64,000 nucleotides of DNA from Deferribacterales bacterium (lineage in GTDB: Bacteria; Chrysiogenota; Deferribacteres; Deferribacterales; Geovibrionaceae): the NCBI GenBank assembly GCA_050253075.1, contig JBFWJS010000002.1:480001-544000 (forward strand), in the 5' to 3' direction. The position numbers and the translations under genes are program-made. Below are positions 30,981 to 41,620 of this stretch, one piece after another. Position 1 is the first letter of the stretch. Each line of letters begins with the position of its first letter. Below the pieces are notes generated by a model that worked only from the letters and a program-made list of their open reading frames with translations, did no database searches and had not been told where the DNA came from.

Positions 30981-32258
30981 ATGTCTTACTATTCATCAGT
31001 TAAAAAAGTACCCGGCTTTACTCTGCTGGGGCCTATGGTAATGCTTGCGGGGATACTGTTTGCCGTGGATACGGGGATGCGTTATGCGCTTAACCCCGAC
31101 ATGCTGCTCGACCCTGTCAGCAGGTTTTTAGCCATAGCAAATTTTATCATCGTTGCGATATTCGCATTTCTTCTGCTCCAGTCGGGGTATCTTCTCTTTA
31201 AGGGATATGTCTACAGCAGATACATAACGGTCATGGCGCTCGCCCTGTGCTATACGGGGCTGATACTGCGCATATTCCTGCTAGGTGTTTATCCTTTCAG
31301 GTTTAAGATCATTGCGGGGATACTCTTCCTCGCCTTTGTGATACTCTATCTGAACCAGAGGCAGTTCCGTGTGCGCTTCGAGTTTAAGCGTGGGCTGGCG
31401 GGGATATTCATATTCTTCTTCTGGGTGCTGACCCTTATGACGGCGGCATATGCTGCACTCTGGGCAAAGACCAGCTGGAACAACTTCCCCGTATACAACG
31501 AATACAGCTTCGAGGAAAAGCCCTACAGCGACGCTTTCTCTCCGCTTCCGTTCGACTTTAACATCGTAATACCGAAGAACTTTCAGCTTTCGTCCGTGGA
31601 CTCCGACGGAGACAGGATATCCGTCACCTTCCACAATCCCGACTTCGGCTATATCATAATGAATAACAGCTCTTCCCTAGAGCCCGTGTATAAGCGCATG
31701 CGTATATTCGGCTATGAAAACGAGCAGAGCTTCGCCGAGTATTTCTTCCATGAAAAGATAGGTCTCGTCCCCCTCTTCCTGAGGAGTTCGCTCACCAGCC
31801 TCGATGTGAAAGAGTATAACGAAGTGAGCGTCGGCGACCTGAAGCTGTTCCTTGAAAAGAGCGCAGGCGACAACAGCGTTGCACACATATTTAAAAACAA
31901 CAGCCTCATCGGCGAGGTGACAGTCCTCTCCATATCTCCTAGCGACACAGGGCTTTACAACGAGCTTTTCTCCACCATAAAGGAGTACAGGCAGAACAGA
32001 GACTCTCAGGAGCTCTATCAGAAGGGGACGGCTCTCATGCAGGCAGAATCCCCCGAGGAAGCAAAAAGATTTTTCGCATCTGCCGTGATAAATAATCCGA
32101 AAGATGCCGAATACAGATATATGCTGGCAGAGACCCTCGCACTGACAGGCTATGTTTCCAGTGCGAAGATACAGCTCCAGACATGCCTTGACCTTAACGA
32201 CGGGCACGAGCGTGCCAGAAAGCTGCTTGAAGGGCTTTCAAACCTGAAAGAGCAATGA
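30981..32258 (+). CDS. Membrane protein with C-terminal TPR repeats
   Basis: About 5 N-terminal TM segments; C-terminal LYQKG..A..F..A...NP..AEYRYMLA TPR pattern. Confidence 0.75.
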   Translation: MSYYSSVKKVPGFTLLGPMVMLAGILFAVDTGMRYALNPDMLLDPVSRFLAIANFIIVAIFAFLLLQSGYLLFKGYVYSRYITVMALALCYTGLILRIFLLGVYPFRFKIIAGILFLAFVILYLNQRQFRVRFEFKRGLAGIFIFFFWVLTLMTAAYAALWAKTSWNNFPVYNEYSFEEKPYSDAFSPLPFDFNIVIPKNFQLSSVDSDGDRISVTFHNPDFGYIIMNNSSSLEPVYKRMRIFGYENEQSFAEYFFHEKIGLVPLFLRSSLTSLDVKEYNEVSVGDLKLFLEKSAGDNSVAHIFKNNSLIGEVTVLSISPSDTGLYNELFSTIKEYRQNRDSQELYQKGTALMQAESPEEAKRFFASAVINNPKDAEYRYMLAETLALTGYVSSAKIQLQTCLDLNDGHERARKLLEGLSNLKEQ

Positions 32259-33823
32259 GCGAAATCAGAATACCCACTCTAACCCCCGTCCCCCATAGCG
32301 AACTGGTGCGCATTGTAGAGCAGGCGTACAGTATCTCACGCAATGACTTCCGTGTTAATTACGACGACGACGGCATAGGCACCATCATAATAGACACTGT
32401 GGACGACAAACACGCAGGTCTCGCCCTAGACATCACAGATGCAGGGATGACGGCAAAGCTGAGCCTTTTCCCTCCGATTAACTTCGGAGTGTCCATAGAC
32501 CAGACCACCGTCGAGGAATTCCTGCTGGACGAGCGGAAGATCGACACAGAGATGATCAACTGGGACAAGTTCAAAGAATGCTTCGAAGCCTATAAGAAAG
32601 GCGTCCTCGTGTATCAGGTGCCTATGGCATTCGGCATTCCTAAGGTCGACGGAGTGGATGCGAAGTATGACCTCTTCTTTGACATAGAGGAGAAAAGGCC
32701 GAAGGTTCTCGCCGACGGCAGCGTGGATTTCAAAGATATAAATAACATAGTCATGGTGGAGGAAGGCTCCATCCTCATGACATACTATAAAGAGACGGAC
32801 GGCATCGACGGTAAAAAGGTACGCGGTGAAAACATCCCCGCCAAAAAAGGGAAAAAGATCACCATCCACAAAGGGAACGGCGTGCTCTTCGACCAGGACA
32901 CAGGCATCTACACCGCAGAGGTGGCAGGCCATGTCACATTCAAAAATAACAAGCTGACCGTAAACCCCGTGTATACCGTACAGGGGGATGTCGACTATTC
33001 CGAGGGGAACATAGACTTCCACGGTACAGTTAAAATAGGCGGAGACGTCCTGAGCGGATTCGAGGTCAGGGCGAAGAATATCATCGTCTTCGGCATAGCC
33101 AGAGACGCCACGCTCATAGCCGACGAGGACATAACCGTACGCACGGGGATAGTCTCCACAGGGAAAGGCATCACAAAAGCGGGCAATACCGTCAGCTCCG
33201 ACTTCATCGAGGGGGCAGTGGTGCACGCAGGGATCGCCGTCATCATCAGAAACTACTGCTATAATTCAAAGATATTCTGCGAAGGCGAGATACTCGCCCT
33301 CTCAGGCGACGGTGTTCTGAACGGCGGAGAATTCCACGCATTCAGCAGCATAGAGGCAAAGAAGATAGGATTCGAGCGGAGCAGCACCTTCACACTGCAC
33401 GCAGGGGTCAAATACACCCTGAATGATAAAATAGAAAAGCTGATACAGCAGAAGGAAAACATCCGGAAGCGTCTCGAAGAGGCAGACCAGACAATACGCC
33501 TCATCGCAAAGCAGAACCCCGACATAAAGCAGAAGGAACAGCTTAAGTCGATTGTCGCAAATAGAAAGATACTTTTTGAAAAATATGATGGCATTGACGG
33601 AGAAATAGAACATCTTATAAAGACATCTATGCATCCCATGCCGTACATAATGGCAAAGGATGAGATAAACGAAGGCATCCGCATAGTCATTTACAACACG
33701 GAGCAGATAGTTCCTAAAAAGGTAGAGGGCGGCGGTAAGTTCGTCTTTAACCAGGGGACGGGGCATGTCGTCATGACAGCCAAAGATGCCGATCTGGAAT
33801 ACGACCCGAAAAAGAGAAAGTAA
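32255..33823 (+). CDS. DUF342/FapA (flagellar assembly protein A) family protein
   Basis: DGSVDFKD, VQGDVDYSEGNIDFHGTVKIGGDVLSGFEV beta-helix repeats, coiled coil. Confidence 0.85.
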   Translation: MSEIRIPTLTPVPHSELVRIVEQAYSISRNDFRVNYDDDGIGTIIIDTVDDKHAGLALDITDAGMTAKLSLFPPINFGVSIDQTTVEEFLLDERKIDTEMINWDKFKECFEAYKKGVLVYQVPMAFGIPKVDGVDAKYDLFFDIEEKRPKVLADGSVDFKDINNIVMVEEGSILMTYYKETDGIDGKKVRGENIPAKKGKKITIHKGNGVLFDQDTGIYTAEVAGHVTFKNNKLTVNPVYTVQGDVDYSEGNIDFHGTVKIGGDVLSGFEVRAKNIIVFGIARDATLIADEDITVRTGIVSTGKGITKAGNTVSSDFIEGAVVHAGIAVIIRNYCYNSKIFCEGEILALSGDGVLNGGEFHAFSSIEAKKIGFERSSTFTLHAGVKYTLNDKIEKLIQQKENIRKRLEEADQTIRLIAKQNPDIKQKEQLKSIVANRKILFEKYDGIDGEIEHLIKTSMHPMPYIMAKDEINEGIRIVIYNTEQIVPKKVEGGGKFVFNQGTGHVVMTAKDADLEYDPKKRK

Positions 33824-34228
33824 ATGTCATCCATGCTGAAACACAAAGCTGTAGTGCTGAATATCGAGAGCGACGGCACCGCAGTGGTAGAGATAGCCAG
33901 AGGGAGCGCATGTTCTGCCTGTGGGGAAAAGAGCTCCTGCACCATCACAGACGATACAAACATCCGCCTCAGATTCAAAAATTCATCACACCTCAAAGCA
34001 GGCGATATGGTAGAGATCGGCATAGAGAAGCAGAGCTTCTTTAAAGGGCTCTTCATCGTTTATATCGTACCGCTGATACTGATGCTGGCATCCGCCGTCA
34101 TCACAGACTCCATAACGGACAAACAGCTCATAACGGCAGGCGTAACCCTTGCGGTGCTTATCATGTACTTTATCGGATTAAAACTGTTACACAACGGTGA
34201 AGACAAACAGTCGTACCGATTACTTTAA
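33824..34228 (+). CDS. RseC/MucC (SoxR-reducing system) family protein
   Basis: RGSACSACGEKSSC, GDMVEIG, YIVPLI, two TM segments. Confidence 0.85.
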   Translation: MSSMLKHKAVVLNIESDGTAVVEIARGSACSACGEKSSCTITDDTNIRLRFKNSSHLKAGDMVEIGIEKQSFFKGLFIVYIVPLILMLASAVITDSITDKQLITAGVTLAVLIMYFIGLKLLHNGEDKQSYRLL

Positions 34229-34356
34229 TCTTTTACCGTCACAGTAAAAATTAAGGTCGTACATCCTGAACAAGAACATACCTATACCCATTATTTTAAG
34301 ATATTTAAATACTGAATCTATCTAAAAAGAAAGCACGTTTTGTGTAATAATTACAC

Positions 34357-34860
34357 ATGAAGTATTTCCTGACGATATTAATGCTAATCTCTTTCTGTGC
34401 TGCAGACGCATTTCAGTGTGACCACGCCGAGGTTATCGACGGCGACACAATCAGATGCGACATAGCCGACCTGCCCGAGATATTCGGCAGCGGGATATCC
34501 GTCCGCCTGAAGGACTGCGACTCGCCCGAGATACGCACCGCAGACAAGGCAGAAAAGGCCGCAGGACACAAGGCAAAGCAGGAACTGACCGAAAAGGTGA
34601 CAGGGAAGCAGATAGAGCTGAAGAATGTATCAAGAGGGAAATATTTCAGACTGGTAGCAGATGTTTACGCTGATTCTGCAAAGCTCACATGCCCACAGGA
34701 CAAGCTGGCATACGCCCCGCCCGCCTTTAAATGCGGCGCAAAGACAAAATGCTCGCAGATGTCCTCATGCGAAGAAGCATATTTTTATCTGCAAAAATGC
34801 GGTCTAAATGGGCTCGACAGAGACAAAGACGGCATCCCGTGCGAAAATATATGTAGGTAA
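34357..34860 (+). CDS. Secreted thermonuclease (SNase-like) with C-terminal Excalibur Ca-binding domain
   Basis: VIDGDT, VRLKDCDSPE, GKYFRLVA; CSQMSSCEEA..LDRDKDGIPCE. Confidence 0.85.
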   Translation: MKYFLTILMLISFCAADAFQCDHAEVIDGDTIRCDIADLPEIFGSGISVRLKDCDSPEIRTADKAEKAAGHKAKQELTEKVTGKQIELKNVSRGKYFRLVADVYADSAKLTCPQDKLAYAPPAFKCGAKTKCSQMSSCEEAYFYLQKCGLNGLDRDKDGIPCENICR

Positions 34861-34936
34861 GACCTGCATAAAAGTTATATTTTCTGCTGTCCTAGAGCAC
34901 ATAACAAAAATAATTTCGCATATTTGATTGTATTTT

Positions 34937-35057
34937 GTCATTCAGAGGATTTTAGTCCGAAGAATCTTATCCATACATAATCTCTAACAAGTAAATAGGC
35001 TTGCTATAGACACAGCGGTATCAGATTGCCGCACCTCCTTCGGAGGTTCGCAATGAC
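34937..35057. repeat. Family A palindrome, long variant
   Basis: gtcattcagag..gaagaatct..agattgccgc..cgcaatgac. Confidence 0.75.
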
Positions 35058-35089
35058 TTATATGTGTTAAGTTTTATGATATATGTCCT

Positions 35090-35231
35090 ACGAGTACGTG
35101 CCTACTCCCGCAAGCGAGGCACATCCTGTGGCTAAAAGTTACATTTTTCTGCTGTCCTAGCAGAAAAATTCGGGTCGCACAGCACGAACGAGTACGTGCC
35201 TACTCCCGCAAGCGAGGCACATCCTGTGCCT
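35090..35231 (-). repeat. Family B copies B3 (35143-35231, complete) and B4 (35090-35132, 5' part; its 3' hairpin remnant is at 34870-34895)
   Basis: Minus strand: aggcac-AGGAT-gtgcct cgc-tt-gcg ggag hairpin cgacccga atttttctgct-AGGAC-agcagaaaaat; abuts the hisD stop. Confidence 0.85.
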
Positions 35232-36508
35232 TAATCCTCGTCGCTTCTTATGATTACAGAATTCCTGTGCGCTATGAGCTCCTCGGATTCTGCCAGAACT
35301 CTGATGTCGGGCATGTCAGCCATGAGCTGTTCTTTGCTGTAGTATATGATGCTCGATTTCTTCTGAAAGTCATATGTGCCGAGGGGTGAGAAGAACTTCG
35401 CAGTTCCCCCCGTAGGCAGTACGTGGTTTGGACCTGCGTAATAATCGCCCACAGGCTCGGGTGTATTTGTACCGAGGAAGATAGCTCCTGCGTTGCGTAT
35501 CTTCAGCATGTATTCCATAGGGTTAGCCACACATAGCTCAAGGTGCTCCACGGCTATCTCGTTTGTGATGTCGGCTGCCTCGGCAAGGTCTTCCGTAACG
35601 ATGATAGCGCCGTATTTCTCTATAGATTTCTTCGCTATCTCCTTTTTCGGCAGTTCCTCAAGCTGAGCATAAACAGAGCTTTCGATCTCTTTCGCCAGCT
35701 CCATATCGTCTGTGACTACGATGGCAGATGCGAGCTCGTCGTGCTCTGCCTGAGACAGCATATCCGCAGCTACATAGTCAGGGTCTGCAGTGCTGTCTGC
35801 GACAATGAGTATCTCGCTCGGTCCTGCTATCATGTCTATATCCACCTGACCAAATACCATCTTCTTAGCGAGGGCGACATATATATTCCCCGGGCCGACT
35901 ATCTTGCACACTCTGGGCACTGTCTCCGTGCCGTATGCGAGAGCTGCGACAGCCTGTGCACCGCCTATCTTGAAGCCTCTGTCCACACCGGCGAGGTAAG
36001 CGGCAGCAAGCACAACGGGGTTCACCTCTCCGCCCGTAGCGGGGGTGACCATGACTATCTCGTCCACACCTGCGACCTTCGCAGGAAGAACATTCATCAG
36101 CACGGATGAAGGATAAACAGCCTTTCCGCCGGGAACATATACACCGACAGATTCCAGAGCAGTGACCTTCTGACCGAGGAAAGTGCCCGGAGCTTTTTCA
36201 TACATCCATGTGTTTTCGAGCTGTTTTTCGTGAAAGGAGATAACATTTGCCTTCGCATTTTCCAGAGCTTCTTTCAGCCTGTCGTCGAGGGCATCCCATG
36301 CAGATTTCATCTCTTCCTTTGTGATCTCCATGCCGTTTTTGGCTATGTCGAACTTGTCAAATCTAAGAGAAAGCTCACATAGAGCCTCATCCCCTCTCTT
36401 TTTCACGTCGTTTATGATGTTGAGGACAGTCTGGAGGTATTCCCCCTCCATTATCTCCCCTCTTTTTAATATGTCTTGTAAACGTTTGTCATTCTTATCT
36501 ATTATCAT
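35231..36508 (-). CDS. hisD: Histidinol dehydrogenase
   Basis: [48 protein letters not shown]. Confidence 0.97.
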   Translation of the reverse strand: MIIDKNDKRLQDILKRGEIMEGEYLQTVLNIINDVKKRGDEALCELSLRFDKFDIAKNGMEITKEEMKSAWDALDDRLKEALENAKANVISFHEKQLENTWMYEKAPGTFLGQKVTALESVGVYVPGGKAVYPSSVLMNVLPAKVAGVDEIVMVTPATGGEVNPVVLAAAYLAGVDRGFKIGGAQAVAALAYGTETVPRVCKIVGPGNIYVALAKKMVFGQVDIDMIAGPSEILIVADSTADPDYVAADMLSQAEHDELASAIVVTDDMELAKEIESSVYAQLEELPKKEIAKKSIEKYGAIIVTEDLAEAADITNEIAVEHLELCVANPMEYMLKIRNAGAIFLGTNTPEPVGDYYAGPNHVLPTGGTAKFFSPLGTYDFQKKSSIIYYSKEQLMADMPDIRVLAESEELIAHRNSVIIRSDED

Positions 36509-37561
36509 CTATACACCTGTAAAAAATCCTTTCCCGTTCTTCTTGCTGTGGTAGAGCCTGCCGTCTGCTATCTTTACGATGTCTTCCGTGGTGTCGTCCT
36601 TAGTTATATCTCCGGGGACGGAAACAAGCCCCCCTGAGAGGCTCGCCACATCGCCGAAACCATAAGCGTTGAACACCTTTTTACCTATGTCCTGCAGTCT
36701 CTCCACCAGTATGAAGAGGTTCTCTATGTTTGCATGGGGTACGATGAGGAAAAATTCATCCCCGCCGAAGCGCCCTAATATGTCGCTGGTACGCAGACCT
36801 TCCTGTATCTCATCACTGATGGCTCTTATGATGGTGTCGCCAGTGACATGGCCTGCCGTGTCGTTTATCTGCTTAAAGTTGTCTATATCCATAAGGATAA
36901 AAACGAATCCCTGATCATAGCGCTTATACTTCGCCATGAAGTTATCTAGGAACTCACCCATGGCGAGCTTATTATATGTGCCCGTCATGAAGTCTGTTCT
37001 GGTCTGGCGGAAGATCACTTCCGTGTTATACAGCTTCTGCATTGAAACAGATGCGATGGACGCCAGATCCTTTATGAAATCAGTGGCTATATCACCGCCG
37101 AATTTCGACTCGCTCCTGCTATAGAGGTTAAGGCTGCCTATTATCTTTCCGCTCTTTACCAGCGGTGCAAAGAGGTATGAGCCCATATCTTCGTAAACAT
37201 TGAATTCGCTGATTATATTAGTAGCGTTGTCGTCGTTGTATGGTCTCTTTTCCAGATAAAAAGCCTTAAACACGTTTTCAGGCATGAAATATATACGATA
37301 ATCAAGATTGTTACTTTCACGTTCAAAGTCAAGTTCATCAGCATTCAAAAAGAGCACTGCCCTGTCCACTCCGAAGATATCCTCCAGATATCTAAGAGGT
37401 TTTTCGATCATTTCCTTAAGATTTTCAGCGAGGAGGAAGGCGAATTCCACAGTTTTAAAACCTGCGTGCTTTGCCTCGTTATTCTTAACCAGCTCCATAA
37501 GGTTGGTCAGCTCGCCTTTCAGGTCAGAGTTCTCTTTGATCATGTTGTTGACTTTGTTCAT
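36509..37561 (-). CDS. Diguanylate cyclase with coiled-coil/GAF-like (DUF484-like) input
   Basis: DIDNFKQINDTAGH, RTSD I-site, RFGGDEF, AD.RLY.SK..GK. Confidence 0.9.
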   Translation of the reverse strand: MNKVNNMIKENSDLKGELTNLMELVKNNEAKHAGFKTVEFAFLLAENLKEMIEKPLRYLEDIFGVDRAVLFLNADELDFERESNNLDYRIYFMPENVFKAFYLEKRPYNDDNATNIISEFNVYEDMGSYLFAPLVKSGKIIGSLNLYSRSESKFGGDIATDFIKDLASIASVSMQKLYNTEVIFRQTRTDFMTGTYNKLAMGEFLDNFMAKYKRYDQGFVFILMDIDNFKQINDTAGHVTGDTIIRAISDEIQEGLRTSDILGRFGGDEFFLIVPHANIENLFILVERLQDIGKKVFNAYGFGDVASLSGGLVSVPGDITKDDTTEDIVKIADGRLYHSKKNGKGFFTGV

Positions 37562-39954
37562 TTAAGCTCCCCCAGATTCCTGCCCACAGCACCGTTCACG
37601 ACGAGCGGCACGTCCAGCTCCATCACGTTTTCCATGATGTCCTGCACATGTTTACTGAAAGCATCGACATCTTTGTCGCTCACCTCAAAGACAAGTTCGT
37701 CATGCACCTGCAGAACGATGAGCGCATCATACTTCTTATCGTCCAAAAGCTCCTGACACTCAACCATCGCCAGCTTTATAATGTCTGCTGCCGAGCCCTG
37801 CATAGGCACGTTGGTTGCGATGCGTTCGCCCCTCATTGCCACCGTGCGGTTCTTGCTGCGTATCTCACGTATGAAACGCTTTCTCCCCGCCAGTGTCTCT
37901 GCATAGCCCTTTTCCCTTGTCTCGTTGGCTATCTTTTCGATGAACGACTTCACTTTCGGATATGTCGCAAAGTATTTTTCTATAAATTTCTTGGCACTCT
38001 TCTGGTCTACGCCCGTATCACGGGAAAGCCCGAATGCGGACAGACCGTAAAGTATGCCGAAGTTCACAGCCTTTGCCAGACGGCGCATGTCGCTGTCCAC
38101 GGCATTCGGAGCAACGCCGAATATACCGCAGGCTGTTTTTGTATGTATGTCTTCGTTGTTTCTGTATGCTTCGCCCAGCCTCTCGTCACCTGTGAGGTGT
38201 GCGAGGATGCGCAGTTCTATCTGTGAATAGTCGAAGGATACAAAGCTGTAGCCTTCCTTTGCCACAAAAGCCTCACGGAGCTTTACGCCCCATTCGCCCT
38301 TTATTGGGATGTTCTGCATGTTCGGGTTAACGGAGCTGAGTCGCCCTGTTGCCGTACCCGTCTGGCGGAAGGATGAATGTATACGTCCGTCGCCCGCCAC
38401 GTAGTCTTTCAGAGGGAGAGCATATGTGGAGAGCAGTTTTGCCAGCTCTCTGTATTTCAGAATGGATTCCAGCATGTGTGCAAACAGAGGGTTCAGAGGT
38501 ATCATACCCCTGATGGATTCCTCGTCTGTGCTGAATCCCGTCTTCGTCTTTTTCAGCCCCTCGAGCCCAAGATCCTCAAAGAGGTATACCTGAAGCTGTT
38601 TCGGGGAATTAAGGTTTATGTCGTAGCCTACGGCTGTCTTTATCTCTTCGCTGACCTTCCCTACTTCATCCTGAAGCTTGTCAGCCACCTTCGCCATGAT
38701 GTCGGCGTCGAAGCCTATGCCGTTCGACTCCATCTCGCCCAGACAGTATGCCACAGGGAGCTCCATATCGAGGTAGACGTCCATCAGTCCGTTCTGCTCC
38801 AGCTTCGTCTTTTCACTTTTGGCATTCGCCACCACAGTGCCGATGAACTGATCCATTGTGTCAGTCTTGCCCATTGTGATGCCGCCGCTGTCGGGGTCGT
38901 TCAGCCAGCTCATGAGGAAGACGTCGAAAGCCTTTTCGTACTTCTCGCCTGTGAGCCTGTAAATATTTTTTATATCATAGAAAAACTGTGCATCTTTCAG
39001 GCTGTGCCCGTCACGCTCACAGTATTTCTTTCCGTCTGTCACATATATCTTTCCGTCCACAAACAGCGCAATGGAGACATCCTTAACATCCCCCTGCTCC
39101 ACAGTGGCGACATCCGGCTGAACATCCTCACTGTCGGATTCTGCGAAGAGCTTCGCATGGATAGTCTTCAGTTCGAGGTCTGTGAGCATCTCGCTCAGCT
39201 TCTTTTCATCATCGATGATCTCTACCTGCGGCACTTCGTCCAGTATGTCCAGACCCACAAGGTCATAGCTGAGGTATGCATTGTCTTTATTCTCTATCAG
39301 CTTGTCTTTCAGCTTACCTTTTACCTCATCCACATGTTCGTAGATGCCGTCCAGCGAGCCGTATTCTATCAGCAGTTTTGCAGCAGTTTTTACACCTACC
39401 CCTGCCACACCGGGGATATTATCCGCCGTATCCCCTGCGAGGGCGAGCAGCTCACGAACCTTTTCAGGCCCCACGCCGAACTTCTCCACAACCATGTCTC
39501 TGCCGAGGAATTCACCCTTCTGGCTGTCGAATATCTTCACTCTGTCGTCCACTATCTGAAAGATATCCTTGTCCTTTGTCAGCATGCCGACCTCGTCGTC
39601 GGTATGTGCTGCGAGGGTCGCCATTATGTCGTCCCCTTCGTATCCGTCTATCTTATAGTAGGCTACGCCGAGGAGAGGTATCACCTCGTCCATAATGCCG
39701 AACTGCACTCCGAGATCCTCCGGTGTTGCGTCCCTTGTGGCTTTATATTCAGGGTGTATGTCGTGCCTGCGGTTCTTCCCTTTAGCGTCGAAAACCACGG
39801 CGACATTCTCTTTCCCGTATTTGTTTATCAGTGTGATGATGCTCTGTATAACTCCGTGTATGACGGATGTGGGCACACCCTTAGAGTTTGTGAGCGGAGG
39901 CGATTTGTGATATGTGCGAAAGGCTATGTAGCTTCCGTCTATGATGATCTTCAT
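37558..39954 (-). CDS. polA: DNA polymerase I
   Basis: 5'-3' exonuclease (IDG, EGDD, GDTADNIPGV), TATGRLSSVNPNMQNIP, DYSQIELR, AKAVNFGILYG, QVHDEL. Confidence 0.96.
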   Translation of the reverse strand: MKIIIDGSYIAFRTYHKSPPLTNSKGVPTSVIHGVIQSIITLINKYGKENVAVVFDAKGKNRRHDIHPEYKATRDATPEDLGVQFGIMDEVIPLLGVAYYKIDGYEGDDIMATLAAHTDDEVGMLTKDKDIFQIVDDRVKIFDSQKGEFLGRDMVVEKFGVGPEKVRELLALAGDTADNIPGVAGVGVKTAAKLLIEYGSLDGIYEHVDEVKGKLKDKLIENKDNAYLSYDLVGLDILDEVPQVEIIDDEKKLSEMLTDLELKTIHAKLFAESDSEDVQPDVATVEQGDVKDVSIALFVDGKIYVTDGKKYCERDGHSLKDAQFFYDIKNIYRLTGEKYEKAFDVFLMSWLNDPDSGGITMGKTDTMDQFIGTVVANAKSEKTKLEQNGLMDVYLDMELPVAYCLGEMESNGIGFDADIMAKVADKLQDEVGKVSEEIKTAVGYDINLNSPKQLQVYLFEDLGLEGLKKTKTGFSTDEESIRGMIPLNPLFAHMLESILKYRELAKLLSTYALPLKDYVAGDGRIHSSFRQTGTATGRLSSVNPNMQNIPIKGEWGVKLREAFVAKEGYSFVSFDYSQIELRILAHLTGDERLGEAYRNNEDIHTKTACGIFGVAPNAVDSDMRRLAKAVNFGILYGLSAFGLSRDTGVDQKSAKKFIEKYFATYPKVKSFIEKIANETREKGYAETLAGRKRFIREIRSKNRTVAMRGERIATNVPMQGSAADIIKLAMVECQELLDDKKYDALIVLQVHDELVFEVSDKDVDAFSKHVQDIMENVMELDVPLVVNGAVGRNLGELK

Positions 39955-39956
39955 TT

Positions 39957-40967
39957 TTATCCTTCGAGCTTTTCGCTTTTCAGCGGCCTGCCCATCAGCG
40001 ATGTAACAGAGTCATAAGGCTTCTTACCGAGGTATAAAATCTCGTAAACCTCGTTGATAATTGGCGCATCCACGCCGAGCTTCTCTGTCAGTTTTTTAGC
40101 AGCCATTGTGGTGTAAACCCCTTCGGCTACCATATTCATGCTTCCTGTTATCTCGTCGAGGGTCATCCCCTCTGCTATCTTTAATCCGACCGTCCTGTTA
40201 CGGGAGAGATCGCCCGTGCATGTCAGCACTAGGTCGCCCATGCCCGACAGCCCCATCAGCGTCTCAGGCTTTCCGCCGAGCGCAACGCCCAGCCTAGCCA
40301 TCTCCGCCAGCCCTCTGGTGATGAGCCCCGCCCTCGCATTATATCCAAAGCCGAGCCCGTCTGCTATCCCCGTGGCGATTGCCAGCACGTTCTTTATCGC
40401 ACCGCCGACCTCCACACCGGGTATATCGTCTGTGTAGTAAGCTCTAAAATAGTCCGTGGACAGCTTCTCCTGCCACCATATGGCGCATTCCTCGCATGAT
40501 GATGCGATGCTCACCGCTGTGGGCTTTTTAGACACGACCTCCTTTGCAAAGGAAGGCCCCGAAAGTATGGAAAACTCTGCATCGTAACAGCTTTTCAGCA
40601 CATGCACGATGAGGTCACCGGTGTCTATCTCTATACCTTTTGTCGCTACCAGCAGCTTCTTCCCTGTGAGAGCGTCTTTATAGTCTGTCGCCACCTTTCT
40701 CGAAAACTGAGTAGGCACGACCCATATTATCCTGTCTGTATCTATGTCGTTAAGCTGGCTGAAGTTTCTAGCAGAAATATTTTCATTCAGCTTTACTCCC
40801 GGCATGAAGAGAGTGTTCTCATGCTGTTCGTTTATAGCTTTCACCAGCTCGTCTTCAAACGCGTAAATATCTACAGCAAAACCGTTTCCCGCTGCCAGCT
40901 CTGCCAGCGCAGTTCCCCAGTTGCCACCGCCTATTACAGCCATTTTTTCTTGCATGAATAACCCCAT
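39957..40967 (-). CDS. gpsA: NAD(P)H-dependent glycerol-3-phosphate dehydrogenase
   Basis: GGGNWGTALA, TKGIE, SGPSFA, KNVLAIA, GDLVLTC..SRN. Confidence 0.95.
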   Translation of the reverse strand: MGLFMQEKMAVIGGGNWGTALAELAAGNGFAVDIYAFEDELVKAINEQHENTLFMPGVKLNENISARNFSQLNDIDTDRIIWVVPTQFSRKVATDYKDALTGKKLLVATKGIEIDTGDLIVHVLKSCYDAEFSILSGPSFAKEVVSKKPTAVSIASSCEECAIWWQEKLSTDYFRAYYTDDIPGVEVGGAIKNVLAIATGIADGLGFGYNARAGLITRGLAEMARLGVALGGKPETLMGLSGMGDLVLTCTGDLSRNRTVGLKIAEGMTLDEITGSMNMVAEGVYTTMAAKKLTEKLGVDAPIINEVYEILYLGKKPYDSVTSLMGRPLKSEKLEG

Positions 40968-41014
40968 GATGATATCTTGTACTTAGGATACGCAAAAAAA
41001 TTGTAGGTGATTTT

Positions 41015-41296
41015 ATGCTTCAAATCAATCAATATGACATCGAAATGCTGAAAAACATCAATGAGCAGCGTGCTTGGGAGATTTTCCCGGTGTTTCTGGA
41101 GCATAATCCTGATGTCTGCATATGCAGAAGCTGTGTGCTGGACATCATGGCTATCACCCTCAATACCCTGCCACCATGCTATCACTCCGAAGAGCATAAT
41201 ATGAGCGCAGCCAGAAACAAGGTTTCCGACGAGGAGATCTACCGTAAGATGAAAGAGGCTTCCCTTATAGTTAAAGCTCGTCCACGTCACGATTAG
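41015..41296 (+). CDS. ComFB family protein
   Basis: NINE..C.C.SC.LDIMAITLNTLPP.Y ... PRHD. Confidence 0.85.
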   Translation: MLQINQYDIEMLKNINEQRAWEIFPVFLEHNPDVCICRSCVLDIMAITLNTLPPCYHSEEHNMSAARNKVSDEEIYRKMKEASLIVKARPRHD

Positions 41297-41521
41297 TCAG
41301 ATTATTTTTCCATCCTTGAAAAAATAATTCGGTCGTTCGACTTGTTAAAAGCAAGTCTCTCTCTCGCTACGCGCACTGCTTCCATGCAGTGGAGTCAGAT
41401 TATTTTTCTCTCCATAGAAAACATTTGATGGTCTCAAATGTTTCTGCACCTAGCTAGCTGCAAAAATAATTCGGTCGTTCGACTTGTTAAAAGCAAGTCT
41501 CGCTCTCGCTCCGCGCGCTGC
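41295..41521 (-). repeat. Family B tandem copies B5 (41295-41391) and B6 (41393-41521, expanded last loop)
   Basis: Minus strand: cactgc-ATGGAA-gcagtg cgc-gta-gcg agag hairpin cgaccga attattttttc-AAGGAT-ggaaaaataat. Confidence 0.85.
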
Positions 41522-41620
41522 ATTATAGAGACACATTACTATATTTGTTTTCAAAATTCCCCCTTCCTTTTTTACACTGACCAGTTTACTATAGTATAAA
41601 TTTATTATTGGAGTGTATTC

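Noticed and set aside
38377..40017. 546-aa plus-strand ORF
   Set aside because: Antisense shadow of polA with no recognisable motifs.
34870..41521. Possible CRISPR array in the tandem repeats near 35090-35231 and 41295-41521
   Set aside because: Only two units each, no unique spacers of regular length and no cas genes; explained by family B.
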